Shown: one piece after another, positions 1-10,911 of the stretch
How the letters are laid out: every line of letters starts with the position of its first letter
Position numbering within the stretch: position 1 is the first letter of the stretch
Assembly (NCBI GenBank): GCA_050173015.1
Contig: JBFXLE010000002.1
Coordinates: 222,378 to 286,377 of the forward strand
Reading direction: 5' to 3'
Source of the DNA: Calditrichaceae bacterium
Lineage (GTDB): Bacteria; Calditrichota; Calditrichia; Calditrichales; JBFXGD01
DNA: 64,000 bases
Notes under the pieces: generated by a model
Told to the model about the DNA's origin: nothing
The model's input: the letters and a program-made list of their open reading frames with translations, nothing else
Databases searched by the model: none
Made by a program: the position numbers and the translations under genes

Positions 1-1
1 T

Positions 2-151
2 CCTATTACAGGTGAAGTTTTAGGTAAAGAAACGAAAATCGTGGCGGAAATTTTAGTCACGGATTCATTCGAAAAATATTCCTCGGCAAGAATTATACAA
101 AATGAACCGGGGCAAATTGTCGCAATTGGCGATAAATTCCTAACAAAATAA
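2..151 (+). CDS. 3' end of a gene truncated by the window edge; possibly a CsgG/FlgT C-terminal-like domain protein
   Basis: Open frame from position 2 reads PITGEVLGKETKIVAEILVTDSFEKYSSARII...KFLTK, stop TAA 149-151. The PITGEVLG motif resembles those C-terminal domains. Confidence 0.5.
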   Translation, partial: PITGEVLGKETKIVAEILVTDSFEKYSSARIIQNEPGQIVAIGDKFLTK

Positions 152-172
152 CTTTACGGAGGAGGATTGTTT

Positions 173-1288
173 ATGTTTAAGAAGCTACTAGTTGTGACGG
201 CAGTACTGCTGTTATTTGTTTTCAGCGCTAATGCGAGTGAGTTTAATTTTACGGGGAACGGCGCGCGGGCCGCGGGTATGGGTTATGCTTTTACCGGTGT
301 GGCTGATGACGCGACCGCTATCTCATGGAATTCTGCCGGATTAACGCAGCTTTACAGCATGGAAGCCAGTGTTATCGGCCGCTTGGGATTTGGTACCTAT
401 ACTTATTCTGATCTCGATGATGCTCCTGATATAACCGAGTCATCAAAATTTCAGTTAAATTTCTTAAGTATTGTAATGCCATTCAATGTCGCAAATTACA
501 AGGTCGTCGGCGGCATCGCCTTCAGAAATATTTATGATTTCAACAGTGAACTTACATTTGATTTTGACGGTACAGAGTACCTCTTTGCAAATGAAGGCGG
601 AATTAATGCCATCACGCCTTCTGTTGCTGTTCAGATAAATGAAATGTTCTCGGTGGGCGCGGCGCTGAATATTTATACCGGCAGCGAAGATTATCATGAA
701 GAAATAGATGGCAATACAACTTATGAAGGAACAACGACCGATTATTCAGGCACATCCATTGATATCGGTATATTGGTAAAGCCGAGCAGTAAATTCTCCT
801 TGGGCGCGAATTTGAATCTTCCAAACACAATTACTTCCGACACAGACGGGTATGAATACGATATCGATGTTCCTCTGTTTTACAGTATCGGTTTAGCTTA
901 CCGGGCAACTGATAATCTTTTACTCGCGCTTGATTTCCATAGTAGAAACTGGTCCAACTCAGATCTTTTTGCTGATTCCGAAGTCGATGTGGATCTCAAT
1001 TCGCTTCATTTCGGTATTGAATATTTGGCTCAAAGTGGTAGTTCTGTGATTCCTTTGCGTCTTGGCTTCCACACAAATCCTCTTTTTGAATGGGATAAAA
1101 ACGGTGATCAGGTTGTAAATCCGGTTATCACTCTTGGCGCCGGAATTATCATGAATAAATTCATTTTGGATGCGGCGTTCGAATATGAACCGGCTTCCTA
1201 TGAATTTGAAGATTCATTTGCTTCATATACTGTTGAACAAAACAGTTTCCGTTTTACTATTGGCGGTACGATTCACTTTGGTAAATAA
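173..1288 (+). CDS. Outer-membrane beta-barrel, FadL/OmpP1 (PorV-like) family
   Basis: Signal peptide, GxGARAAGMGxAFTGVADDATAISWNxAGL motif, C-terminal aromatic beta-strand. ATG 173 follows GGAGAGG. Confidence 0.8.
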   Translation: MFKKLLVVTAVLLLFVFSANASEFNFTGNGARAAGMGYAFTGVADDATAISWNSAGLTQLYSMEASVIGRLGFGTYTYSDLDDAPDITESSKFQLNFLSIVMPFNVANYKVVGGIAFRNIYDFNSELTFDFDGTEYLFANEGGINAITPSVAVQINEMFSVGAALNIYTGSEDYHEEIDGNTTYEGTTTDYSGTSIDIGILVKPSSKFSLGANLNLPNTITSDTDGYEYDIDVPLFYSIGLAYRATDNLLLALDFHSRNWSNSDLFADSEVDVDLNSLHFGIEYLAQSGSSVIPLRLGFHTNPLFEWDKNGDQVVNPVITLGAGIIMNKFILDAAFEYEPASYEFEDSFASYTVEQNSFRFTIGGTIHFGK

Positions 1289-1301
1289 TCATTTAAAAAT
1301 A

Positions 1302-1333
1302 AAGGGGATACCATAAGTATCCCCTTATTTTTT
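1302..1333 (+). terminator. Intrinsic terminator
   Basis: AAGGGGATAC / GTATCCCCTT stem followed by a T tract. Confidence 0.8.
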
Positions 1334-1380
1334 ATACAGTTAAATGTACTGCTTTTTAAATTTCTCTCTTTAATTTTGCC

Positions 1381-1409
1381 TTGCCTTTAACCGGAAAGAT
1401 AATTAAATT
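1381..1409 (+). promoter_or_regulatory. Putative sigma70 promoter of tRNA-Arg
   Basis: TTGCCT-17 nt-TAAATT, ending 14 nt before the tRNA. Confidence 0.55.
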
Positions 1410-1423
1410 AAATGTTTTTAATT

Positions 1424-1497
1424 GCCCCTGTAGCTCAGATGGATAGAGCAGAGGCTTCCTAAGCCTTGTGTCGGGAGTTCGAATCTCTCCAGGGGTA
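1424..1497 (+). tRNA. tRNA-Arg(CCT)
   Basis: Cloverleaf with anticodon arm GAGGC-TTCCTAA-GCCTT and T loop TTCGAAT. Confidence 0.95.
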
Positions 1498-1546
1498 CTT
1501 ATTTTGATGACAAACCCCATTGAAAACTGAAATCAAAGGAGTCATA

Positions 1547-2224
1547 ATGCTGAAGCCGAAGAAAAAGTTAAGCAAAAAAGAAATCAAGCAGGATAAATTT
1601 GTTAAAATCGCTTTGGAAGCAAAGTCTTATGTAGATGAAAATTATAAGCAGGTTGTTGGCACAACCCTGGCCGTTTTTGGGGTGTTCGTATTAATTATGA
1701 TTTATGTTTATGTGCATAATCAAAATGTTGAGGAAGCGACGACGCTGCTTGGAAAAGCGCAATTGGAATTTCAAGCCATGAACTACGATTTGTCAAAGAC
1801 TTTTCTAAATGAACTTACATCCGAATATTCCGGAACCGATGCGGCAGATCAGGGCAGATTTTTACTTGCCAATATTTATTTTGAAGAAGACAACATACCT
1901 TACGCAAAAAAAATGTATAAAGAATTTGTAGATTCCTACAGTAAAAGCTCAATCTTACTTGCTTCAGGATATGCCGGATATGCGGCTTGTTTACAACGTG
2001 AAAAAAACTACGATGAAGCAGCTGCCAATTATGTCAAGGCTCAGAAACAATCACCGGAATTTGTCGAAGCGGCCGGCTATCTGTTCCTTGCTGGAAAAGC
2101 CTATGAATCAGCAGGAAAAATTGATAAAGCCAGAGAGATATTCGAAAAAATCACTATTGATTATAAGGACTACGATCAGGCGGACAACGCAATGGCTGAG
2201 CTCATTTTTCTGAATAAGAAGTAA
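1547..2224 (+). CDS. Membrane-anchored TPR protein, YfgM-like
   Basis: Basic N-terminus (KKLSKKEIKQDKF), one TM helix, TPR repeats. ATG 1547 follows GGAG. Confidence 0.7.
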   Translation: MLKPKKKLSKKEIKQDKFVKIALEAKSYVDENYKQVVGTTLAVFGVFVLIMIYVYVHNQNVEEATTLLGKAQLEFQAMNYDLSKTFLNELTSEYSGTDAADQGRFLLANIYFEEDNIPYAKKMYKEFVDSYSKSSILLASGYAGYAACLQREKNYDEAAANYVKAQKQSPEFVEAAGYLFLAGKAYESAGKIDKAREIFEKITIDYKDYDQADNAMAELIFLNKK

Positions 2225-2226
2225 TT

Positions 2227-3423
2227 ATGGATATCTTTGAAAAAGAACAAAAATATTTTTTAAATGTATATAAGCGCTTTCCTCTTGATATCGACAAAGG
2301 TGATGGTGTTTACCTTTACGACAAGAGCGGTAAAAAATATTTAGATTTTCTTTCGGGTATCGCTGTAAATGCCCTCGGTTATAATCACCCGGCGATTCTT
2401 GAGGCAATCAAACGTCAGTTAAATCGGAATTTGCATCTTAGTAATTATTTTATTCAGGATATTCAGATTGATCTTGCCGAACGCCTCCTAAGTCTTACCC
2501 CATTCTCGAAAGTCTTTTTTTCAAACAGTGGAACAGAGGCCATAGAAGGACTTCTTAAGCTTGTAAAAAAATGGGGCCACAGTAACAATAAAAACGAAAT
2601 CATCGCCTTTGAAGGAAGTTTCCACGGCAGAAGTCTTGGAGCGCTGTCTATTACTCTTCAGGAAAAATATCAGAAAAACTTTCAGCCATTGCTTTCGGGA
2701 ATAAAACTCGTGCGATTTAATGATGTGAAGTCATTTGAAGAAACAATTAATGAGCGCACAGCAGCGGTTTTCTTTGAAGGAATTGCAGGAGAGGGAGGCG
2801 TCAAGCCTCTTTCCAAGGAAATTGTTAAAGCCATGACCATCGGAAGAGAAAAGTATGGATATCTGCTGATTGCGGACGAAATACAGACTGGTGTCGGCAG
2901 AACGGGTAAATTTTATTATCATGAGTATCTTGAATTTATCCCGGATGCCATCGCAACGGCAAAAGGACTTGGCGGAGGGCTGCCACTGGGGGCATTTTTA
3001 GTTAATCAAAAACTGGAAAATGTATTTGATAAGGGTGAGCACGGCACTACTTATGGTGGAAATCCGCTCGCGTGCGCCGCGGGGTTAGCCGCCGTCAATA
3101 CGGTTTCAAAAGAGTCCTTTCTGCGCGATGTCCGTGAAAACGGGCAATATTTTATGGAATGCCTGAACAATCTGATGTCTGAGTTTAGTGATTATTTGCG
3201 TGATGTTCGCGGTAGAGGGCTGATGCTCGGGTTGGAAGTTAAAGGTGACGCGGAAGAAATAATGAAAGAGTCGATCGGGCAGGGACTAATTTTTAATGTC
3301 GCCGGTGGTAAGACATTGAGATTTGTGCCTCCCTTAATTGTTCAAAAATCAGATATTGATACAGCCTGTCAGATATTACAGGATGTTTTTAGAAAAATAT
3401 TTAAACAGAAAACCCACATTTAG
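2227..3423 (+). CDS. argD: Acetylornithine aminotransferase family (class III PLP)
   Basis: NSGTEAIE, FHGRS, DEIQTGVGRTG, AKGLGGG and HGTTYGGNPL motifs. Confidence 0.85.
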   Translation: MDIFEKEQKYFLNVYKRFPLDIDKGDGVYLYDKSGKKYLDFLSGIAVNALGYNHPAILEAIKRQLNRNLHLSNYFIQDIQIDLAERLLSLTPFSKVFFSNSGTEAIEGLLKLVKKWGHSNNKNEIIAFEGSFHGRSLGALSITLQEKYQKNFQPLLSGIKLVRFNDVKSFEETINERTAAVFFEGIAGEGGVKPLSKEIVKAMTIGREKYGYLLIADEIQTGVGRTGKFYYHEYLEFIPDAIATAKGLGGGLPLGAFLVNQKLENVFDKGEHGTTYGGNPLACAAGLAAVNTVSKESFLRDVRENGQYFMECLNNLMSEFSDYLRDVRGRGLMLGLEVKGDAEEIMKESIGQGLIFNVAGGKTLRFVPPLIVQKSDIDTACQILQDVFRKIFKQKTHI

Positions 3424-3425
3424 GA

Positions 3426-4397
3426 ATGCCTGCTTTGTTTTTTGAATTCGGGATATTTGGATCACTGATCAGTGCCTCATTATCCATTTTTATGGTAAGT
3501 TTTCTGCATCATATGTTAAGCAAATCGCATCTAACCAATCAAGTTAAAAGCAATGGAAATTCCTCGGATAAGGATAATAATCGACGTGTTCTGTATCTAC
3601 GATTATTGTTTTTTTTCCTGATCATCCTAATCTTGTCAAAGTTTTTAACCGTTTTCATTTTTCCAATGGAAATATCAACTCGCGATTTTAAACCCGATCT
3701 GGATATGATGACTATCGCATTATATACCGGAAACATCATTATCCTTTTTGTGATTATTTTCCTGGCATTTGTGATTTCATACTACTTTAGAATTAACACC
3801 GATCATAAAATTTCTTTTCTTAGAAAATCATTGCGTACTCTGAAATATTTTCTGATTTTCGATATCGCCTATTTGGTTTTGTTTATTGTAAGCGTTGATT
3901 ATTATCTTTTAGTGAATAATTCCGCTCAACGGATTCTTGATTATAAAAATTTTCAAAATTGGCCGTATAAGCTTGAAATTGCCTCAGGATTATTCATATC
4001 AATACTTCTTTACAGTTTATTATATCATCGCTTTCAAAAACGAAGAACATTGTTAAATTTTAGAATTTATGGTATTTTTCTTGTCTTATCTCTATTGTTA
4101 AGCCTGTACCTGATATTAACTCATACTGCTTCACAGGCCGGTTCAGCGCAGTCCTTTATCGAACTGTTTAGTTACAGGAGAGGGTTTACCGGACTATTGT
4201 GGGTATTCATCTTTTTGTTGGGTGTCAGTAGTCAATTATTCAGCTTATTAATATTATCAATAAAAAATACTGTAATTAATTTACAGTTAAATATGAACTA
4301 TATTCTGCAATTAAACCGGGTCGCATATTTCAGTACCATTGGAATAAGCGCTCTGGCCCTAATGCCGGTTGCCCTGGAGTTGTTTTACCGGTATTAA
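3426..4397 (+). CDS. Hypothetical polytopic membrane protein
   Basis: 323-aa ORF with about 8 hydrophobic segments, tightly packed between neighbours, no recognised motif. Confidence 0.6.
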   Translation: MPALFFEFGIFGSLISASLSIFMVSFLHHMLSKSHLTNQVKSNGNSSDKDNNRRVLYLRLLFFFLIILILSKFLTVFIFPMEISTRDFKPDLDMMTIALYTGNIIILFVIIFLAFVISYYFRINTDHKISFLRKSLRTLKYFLIFDIAYLVLFIVSVDYYLLVNNSAQRILDYKNFQNWPYKLEIASGLFISILLYSLLYHRFQKRRTLLNFRIYGIFLVLSLLLSLYLILTHTASQAGSAQSFIELFSYRRGFTGLLWVFIFLLGVSSQLFSLLILSIKNTVINLQLNMNYILQLNRVAYFSTIGISALALMPVALELFYRY

Positions 4398-4417
4398 TAA
4401 AGACCTGAGGATAAAAC

Positions 4418-5512
4418 ATGGCGTCAGTTCAGTTAAATAGTATCAGCAAAGTATATGATAAGGATGTAACCGCTGTCAGTAAAGCGGATCTGGAGATCAA
4501 AGACAAAGAATTTATTGTTCTCGTCGGGCCATCCGGCTGTGGAAAATCTACTTTGTTAAGAATGATTGCCGGTCTGGAGGAAATTAGCGACGGTGAAATT
4601 TTAATTGGTGATAAAGTCGTGAATGATATTCCTCCAAAGGACCGAAACATTGCCATGGTTTTTCAAAATTACGCGTTGTATCCACATATGACAGTTTTCG
4701 ACAATATGGCTTTTGGGCTAAAATTAAGAAAATTTCCCGATGACCAGATAAAAAAGAGAGTTTCAGAAGCAGCCGAATTACTCGGGATCAGGGAATATCT
4801 CGATCGGAAGCCGAAAGCCTTATCGGGCGGGCAAAGACAGCGGGTAGCGGTGGGAAGAGCAATCGTCAGAAAGCCGGAAGTGTTTTTATTTGATGAACCA
4901 TTGAGTAATCTTGATGCAAAGCTGAGAGTTCAGATGCGTATTGAGATAAAAAAATTACACCGGCGTCTTGGCGCAACGATGATTTATGTAACACACGATC
5001 AGGTGGAAGCAATGACCATGGGGGACCGCATTGTTGTAATGAGGGATGGGCTTATCCAGCAAATCGACACGCCATTAAATATATATAATAAACCGGTGAA
5101 TGTTTTTGTCGCGGGTTTTATTGGAAGTCCCGCCATGAATTTTTTTAAAGGAAAGCTTGAAATAGGTGATCAAATTTATTTTTCATCAAACGGATTTCAG
5201 GTGAAACTTGGTAAGGAGTCTTCAGGTTTGCTCTCAGATTATAATCGCGCGGATATAATTATGGGAATACGCCCGGAACACATTGTTAATGGAATTTCTG
5301 ATCATAAACAATCGTCTGCCGTCAATACAGAAGTTGAAGTAATAGAATCAATGGGGAATGAGACTTATGTTTATATGAAAACCGGCGATTCAAATCTGGT
5401 TATGAGAAGCACTTCATCCGGTGAGATTGAACTGGGAAGCAAAATTGATATCTTTTTCGATTTAACAAAAATACATTTTTTTGATCCTAAAACTGAAACC
5501 GCCATCTTATGA
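4418..5512 (+). CDS. Carbohydrate ABC transporter ATPase (MalK/MsmX/UgpC family)
   Basis: GPSGCGKST, VFQNYALYPHM, LSGGQRQR, DEPLSNLDAKLR, C-terminal TOBE-type region. Confidence 0.92.
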   Translation: MASVQLNSISKVYDKDVTAVSKADLEIKDKEFIVLVGPSGCGKSTLLRMIAGLEEISDGEILIGDKVVNDIPPKDRNIAMVFQNYALYPHMTVFDNMAFGLKLRKFPDDQIKKRVSEAAELLGIREYLDRKPKALSGGQRQRVAVGRAIVRKPEVFLFDEPLSNLDAKLRVQMRIEIKKLHRRLGATMIYVTHDQVEAMTMGDRIVVMRDGLIQQIDTPLNIYNKPVNVFVAGFIGSPAMNFFKGKLEIGDQIYFSSNGFQVKLGKESSGLLSDYNRADIIMGIRPEHIVNGISDHKQSSAVNTEVEVIESMGNETYVYMKTGDSNLVMRSTSSGEIELGSKIDIFFDLTKIHFFDPKTETAIL

Positions 5513-5567
5513 AAGCGTTTATTGATATAGCGTATTTCTGGCTATTGTAGAAATTAAGGAGACTGAT

Positions 5568-6947
5568 ATGAAATTCCCTGCAGAACCATTTAGGATAAAG
5601 GTAGTCGAGCCGATAAAAACAACCACAAAGGAAGAGCGGGAAAGGCTTATAAAAGAAGCCGGATATAATTTATTTTTAATTCCCGCGGAATCGATTTTTA
5701 TTGATCTGCTCACGGATTCGGGCACTTCGGCAATGAGTGATAATCAATGGGCCGGAATAATGATGGGAGACGAATCATATGCAGGAAGTAAAAATTATTA
5801 TCATTTTGAAGAAACAGTTCAGCATATTTTCGGATTTAAACATGTAATCCCTACACATCAGGGCCGCGTCGCTGAAAATCTACTCTTTTCAACCATTCTT
5901 AAGGAGGGGGATGTAGTCCCGAATAATATCCATTTTGACACAACGCGCGCGAATGTTGAACACAATAAGGCAAAAGCGCTGGACTGTGTAATCGATGAAG
6001 GGCTGGATCCGGATTCAGAATATCCGTTCAAAGGTAATATTGATATAAAAAAATTAGAAAACGCCATTGAAAGCTACGGAAAAGAGCGTATTCCCTTAAT
6101 CATGATTACAATAACAAATAACAGCGGTGGCGGGCAACCCGTTGCCATGGAAAACATCCGGTCGGTGAGCGCGCTGGCAAAGAAACACGGAATACCTTTG
6201 TTTTTTGATGCCTGCCGTTTCGCCGAAAACTGTTATTTCATAAAACAACGCGAGAAGGGCTATGAAAACAAGTCTATCTTAGAAATCGCGAGAGAATTGT
6301 TCAGCTATGGTGATGGCTGCACAATGAGCGCGAAAAAAGATGGCCTGGTGAATATTGGCGGATTTTTATCCCTGAACGACTCAAAACTCTCTGAAAAAAT
6401 TACTAATATGCTGATCCTGATAGAAGGTTTCTCCACCTATGGTGGCCTTGCCGGAAGAGATTTGGAAGCGATTTCACGGGGATTAAGGGAGGTATTGCAG
6501 GAAGATTACCTGGAATTCCGTATCAATCAAACCCGGTATCTTGGTGAGATGCTGATGGAACAAGGCATCCCGATAGTAAAACCGGTCGGCGGACACGCTG
6601 TTTATATTGACGCGAAAAGATTTTTACCGCATATTCCACAATCTCAATTTCCGGGACAAGCGTTAATTGTCGCGCTATATACGGAAGCGGGGATCCGGGC
6701 CGTTGAAATAGGAAGTCTTATGTTTGCGCATAATGATCATGAATCAGGTAAAACGGTATATCCGGAGCTTGAACTCGTCCGGCTTGCCATTCCAAGAAGA
6801 GTTTACACCAGTATGCACATGCAATACGTTGCTGAATCAATCGCAGAGCTTTACCGGAATCGCAATCATCTGAAGGGACTGACCATTGAATATGCGCCGG
6901 ATTTTTTAAGACATTTCACTGCTCGTCTAAAACCGCTGGAAAATTAA
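5568..6947 (+). CDS. tnaA: Tryptophanase
   Basis: DLLTDSGT and MSAKKD motifs. VEIGS and LRHFTA match tryptophanase rather than tyrosine phenol-lyase (ERG, LRFFTA). Confidence 0.85.
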   Translation: MKFPAEPFRIKVVEPIKTTTKEERERLIKEAGYNLFLIPAESIFIDLLTDSGTSAMSDNQWAGIMMGDESYAGSKNYYHFEETVQHIFGFKHVIPTHQGRVAENLLFSTILKEGDVVPNNIHFDTTRANVEHNKAKALDCVIDEGLDPDSEYPFKGNIDIKKLENAIESYGKERIPLIMITITNNSGGGQPVAMENIRSVSALAKKHGIPLFFDACRFAENCYFIKQREKGYENKSILEIARELFSYGDGCTMSAKKDGLVNIGGFLSLNDSKLSEKITNMLILIEGFSTYGGLAGRDLEAISRGLREVLQEDYLEFRINQTRYLGEMLMEQGIPIVKPVGGHAVYIDAKRFLPHIPQSQFPGQALIVALYTEAGIRAVEIGSLMFAHNDHESGKTVYPELELVRLAIPRRVYTSMHMQYVAESIAELYRNRNHLKGLTIEYAPDFLRHFTARLKPLEN

Positions 6948-7079
6948 AATTTTATATGGGGTTATTCTCTTGATCTGAAGTCAAAATTTTGTTTTATTAA
7001 AAAAGTACCTGCATTCATAAAAAAAATAACAAGATGGAACTTGTTAACTGTTGTTTTTTGATAAACGGAGATAAACCGG

Positions 7080-7820
7080 ATGTTTTCTGAAAAATTATTA
7101 CTTCGCCTAAAACACGCGTCTCAGCTGACAATCATGACCGGAGCGGGCGTCTCGGCAGAGAGTGGGGTGCCGACATTCAGAGGTAAGGATGGGCTTTGGA
7201 ATAACTATGATGTCCAGCAACTTGCTACACCGCAATCTCTTCGAGATAATACTGAAATTTTCTGGAAATTTTATAACTGGCGGCGGGAGCTTCTGGAGAA
7301 AGTGAAGCCTAATCTGGGACATTATGCCTTAGTGGATATGGAAAACTTTTTTGAGCATTTTACGTTGATAACGCAAAATGTTGACAATTTACACAGAATC
7401 GCCGGGAATAAAAATGTCCTGGAGATTCACGGTAATATTATGAATTCTTACTGTATTGACTGTGGTGAGCGTATTGAGGGGATTGACGGATTCCCAAAGA
7501 CGGAATCCATACCCAGATGTCATCAATGCGGTGGTTTTATGAGACCGGATGTTGTTTTATTCGGGGAACATTTGGATCCGCAACGATTACACCAGGCTCA
7601 GGAGGCTGCCGCGACCTGTGAAGTGTTCCTCTCAATTGGTACTTCAGCTGTCGTGGAACCTGCTGCGTCTCTGCCCTATATTGCTAAGGGAAACGGAGCA
7701 TACATAGTGGAAATAAATGCGGAAAAAACTCCTTTAACAGATAACGCGGATGAATCACTGATAGGTCAAACGGGGAAAATACTGCCTTTGTTGATCATGG
7801 CGCTGGATAAAATGCGTTAA
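7080..7820 (+). CDS. cobB: NAD-dependent deacylase, class III sirtuin
   Basis: GAGVSAESGVPTFRG, TQNVDNLH, HG, two CxxC Zn motifs, YxxR succinyl-pocket motif (FYNWRR). Confidence 0.92.
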   Translation: MFSEKLLLRLKHASQLTIMTGAGVSAESGVPTFRGKDGLWNNYDVQQLATPQSLRDNTEIFWKFYNWRRELLEKVKPNLGHYALVDMENFFEHFTLITQNVDNLHRIAGNKNVLEIHGNIMNSYCIDCGERIEGIDGFPKTESIPRCHQCGGFMRPDVVLFGEHLDPQRLHQAQEAAATCEVFLSIGTSAVVEPAASLPYIAKGNGAYIVEINAEKTPLTDNADESLIGQTGKILPLLIMALDKMR

Positions 7821-7852
7821 CAAAAAATCCACTTATTTAGGACTGATCTCTA

Positions 7853-9925
7853 TTGAAATCATTTTCAGTAAAATATTTGTTAATTCTTCTTCTGGCGGTA
7901 ATGACTGGTTGCGCATACTATAATACTTTTTTTAATGCTAAACAGAACTTTAAAGCCGCGCAGGTTAAGCAACAAAAAGTAAAATCGGGCCAGGACTTGC
8001 CCGCAGATATAAAAAATCACTACAACAAAACCATTGACAAATGCTGGAAATTGATTAACTCCTACGGCGACAGCAGTAAATACGCTGATGACGCTCTTTT
8101 GTTGATCGGAAAATCACATTTTCTGCTGACGGAATATGATCAGGCTGAACATATCTTCAAACAATTCCTTTTAAAATATAAAAACAGCCCGTTTACACCT
8201 GAAGCTAAGTTATGGATGTCAAAAACATATATAAACACCGGTAATGACACGGAAGCGCTAAATACACTCAACGAGCTTCTTAAGAGCAAGGTATCGAAGA
8301 ATATCGCGGCAGAAGCGTTGTATAATTTGGGCGAGCTTTATTTTAAAGAAAAAAATTATAAACTTGCGATCGAAAATCTGGAAAAATGTATTGAGGTCAC
8401 TTCAGATAATGAAATAGCGGGTTATGCGCAGTTGTTGATAGCGGAATCATTTTTTAAATCCGGTGAATTCGATAACGCTATTTTCAATTATGATAAGATA
8501 AAAAAATATGATGTGCCCGCGCTTAAGGAATACGAAGCGCTTATACAAAAAGTAAATGCACTGAATGAATTGGAAAAATTTCAGGAATCTGAAATGACCC
8601 TAAAAGCGATGCTCAGGAACCAGCGGTTTAAAGAACAATATTCTCAAATCGAAACACGGTTGGCAAATACCTATGAATACGAAGGTGATGTGGACTTTGC
8701 CAGAAACGCGTATGAGGATGTTCTGAAAAAATATCCCCGCAGCGAAGGGGCGGCGATGGCGTCTTTTTATCTTGGTCAACTTTATGAGTTTGAATATGGA
8801 AATTATGACAGCGCAAAAGTCAAATATGATGGTGTAAGAACGCAGTTTCAAAATTCCGAAGCGCATAAAGAAGCATCGTCCAGGTCAGCTCTTCTCGCGG
8901 AATATATTAAAATAAGAGACCAGTTGATAAAAGACAGAAGAGATCTTTACAGCCTGGAAGTGGGTGACTCTGTTTTGATAGACAGTGTAGAAACAAGCCG
9001 TGACACAATTGATGTGAAAGTCGCGATTAAAGACACAACAAAACAAATTCAGGAATTTGAGACTCAAAAAAAGGTAGTTTCTAAAAAAGTTGCCGTTTCC
9101 AGATCACCGGAAGAAGTCGAAAAGAGTCATCTCCGCAATAGTTTTGCCCTTGGTGAATACTTTCTCCTAAAATATCAGCATGGTGACAGCGCCGCGAGCG
9201 CTTACGAAAGATTTGTTAAAACTTTTGAAGACAGTCTTCTGACCCCAAAAGCGCATTTTGCCTTATATTATATCTATAATGATTTGGAGAAGGACAGTGT
9301 AAAAGCAGATTCCGTTAAACAGTTTATCCTTTTCCACTACCGTGACAGTGTTTATGGGAAAAAGCTGGCGGGAGAAATGGAAAAAATACCGCAACCCGGA
9401 GAAACCGGAAACGACAAAAAAGTCATGGCGCTTTACGCTCAGGCGGAAGAGTTTATTTCAAAAAAACAGTACACGGAAGCTCTGGGATTGCTTGAGCGAA
9501 TTGTTAAATCCGAAAATACGGAAGAATGGACTGTGAAATCCATTTACGCAAGGGCCTATATCTATGAAAATTATCTGAAGAATATTCCAATGGCCATCGA
9601 ACAATACTCATTGCTGGCCAATGATTATCCGGACAGCAAGTATACAAAAATAGCAAAACTTAAAATTAAAGAACCGGTTATAGAAAAAGCGGTGCCTGAA
9701 TCTGAACCTTCGAAACCGGAAAATGCCGCTCAAGACCTTGATGAAGAAAAAATCCCGGAAAAGGATTTCCGGAATGAACCCGGGAATAAATCGGTGATGG
9801 ATGAGAAAAATTTGTTGAAAAACAAATTAAGAAGAGATGCAGAAATGGAGAAGTCTGTTAATCAGCCCATTCCCGCAGCAAGTGATTCATCTGACAAGAA
9901 TTTAAAACAGATATTTGATAAATAG
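7853..9925 (+). CDS. TPR-repeat lipoprotein, possibly SprE/PorW-like
   Basis: Lipobox MTGC followed by AYYNTFFNA, many TPR repeats, acidic low-complexity tail. Confidence 0.7.
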   Translation: MKSFSVKYLLILLLAVMTGCAYYNTFFNAKQNFKAAQVKQQKVKSGQDLPADIKNHYNKTIDKCWKLINSYGDSSKYADDALLLIGKSHFLLTEYDQAEHIFKQFLLKYKNSPFTPEAKLWMSKTYINTGNDTEALNTLNELLKSKVSKNIAAEALYNLGELYFKEKNYKLAIENLEKCIEVTSDNEIAGYAQLLIAESFFKSGEFDNAIFNYDKIKKYDVPALKEYEALIQKVNALNELEKFQESEMTLKAMLRNQRFKEQYSQIETRLANTYEYEGDVDFARNAYEDVLKKYPRSEGAAMASFYLGQLYEFEYGNYDSAKVKYDGVRTQFQNSEAHKEASSRSALLAEYIKIRDQLIKDRRDLYSLEVGDSVLIDSVETSRDTIDVKVAIKDTTKQIQEFETQKKVVSKKVAVSRSPEEVEKSHLRNSFALGEYFLLKYQHGDSAASAYERFVKTFEDSLLTPKAHFALYYIYNDLEKDSVKADSVKQFILFHYRDSVYGKKLAGEMEKIPQPGETGNDKKVMALYAQAEEFISKKQYTEALGLLERIVKSENTEEWTVKSIYARAYIYENYLKNIPMAIEQYSLLANDYPDSKYTKIAKLKIKEPVIEKAVPESEPSKPENAAQDLDEEKIPEKDFRNEPGNKSVMDEKNLLKNKLRRDAEMEKSVNQPIPAASDSSDKNLKQIFDK

Positions 9926-9927
9926 GA

Positions 9928-10374
9928 ATGGTTGATTTTATGCGAAAAAAAAATATATCAAACATTTTAATATATTTTTTCGTGTTTTTGTTTTATCTTA
10001 GCGGATGCAGTTCAGATCGCAGATTCAGCAGAGGAACTGCTTATCAAAGTGATGCATTTTCACCCACACAGTCAATAACAGGGATTAGTTCATATTACGG
10101 AAAGAAATTTCATGGTAGGCTTACCGCAAACGGTGAAGTGTTTGATATGTATAAATTGACGGCAGCCCATAAATCGCTGCCATTTGATACCGTACTCGAA
10201 GTGGAGAATTTATCTAACGGAAAGCGTGTTGTAGTTAGAATAAATGATCGCGGACCGTTCGTGAAAAATCGGATCCTCGACTTGTCGTATGCTGCTGCCA
10301 AGGAAATTGATATGATTTCCGGCGGTACAGCAAAAATCAGAGCAAAAATTATCAAACTTGGTGAGAACGACTAA
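9928..10374 (+). CDS. rlpA: Septal ring lytic transglycosylase RlpA family lipoprotein
   Basis: Lipobox [42 protein letters not shown]. Confidence 0.9.
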   Translation: MVDFMRKKNISNILIYFFVFLFYLSGCSSDRRFSRGTAYQSDAFSPTQSITGISSYYGKKFHGRLTANGEVFDMYKLTAAHKSLPFDTVLEVENLSNGKRVVVRINDRGPFVKNRILDLSYAAAKEIDMISGGTAKIRAKIIKLGEND

Positions 10375-10567
10375 AAAGTTTGTTCATAGCTTATAGAAAA
10401 TTATTTGAAATTGGGGGAAGATCCATAATCTATTCGAAAAATATCTTAGTATTTAACAATAATTTAATACCGAATTTATGCTATTAATTTTGAATAAAAT
10501 TCCATTTGCAGGATGTAACGGATATTCTGTTATGGTACTGCTCTAACTATATAATCTTGGAGGTGTG

Positions 10568-10894
10568 ATGGGAAATTATGTTGAACTAAATGATGAAAAT
10601 TTTGAGCAGGAAGTTATTAAATCAGATACACCCGTACTTGTTGATTTTTGGGCGGAATGGTGTGCTCCGTGCCGGATGATTGCGCCAATCATTGAGGATA
10701 TTTCTGTGGAATATAAAGACAAATTAAAAGTCGGTAAACTCGATGTTGACAGTAATCCACAGGTATCTATGAATTATGGAATCCGTTCTATCCCAACCTT
10801 ACTAATCTTTGTAAACGGTGTAGCGGCAGAACAGATCATTGGAGCCGTTCCGAAAAAAGTAATTCTTGAAAAATTAAATTCCTTAATAAAATAA
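10568..10894 (+). CDS. trxA: Thioredoxin
   Basis: DFWAEWCAPC and IRSIPTL motifs; GGAGG RBS. Confidence 0.95.
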   Translation: MGNYVELNDENFEQEVIKSDTPVLVDFWAEWCAPCRMIAPIIEDISVEYKDKLKVGKLDVDSNPQVSMNYGIRSIPTLLIFVNGVAAEQIIGAVPKKVILEKLNSLIK

Positions 10895-10911
10895 TTAATT
10901 AATGAAATTCT

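Noticed and set aside
5568-6947. Tyrosine phenol-lyase call
   Set aside because: Diagnostic residues (EIG, LRHFT) match tryptophanase.
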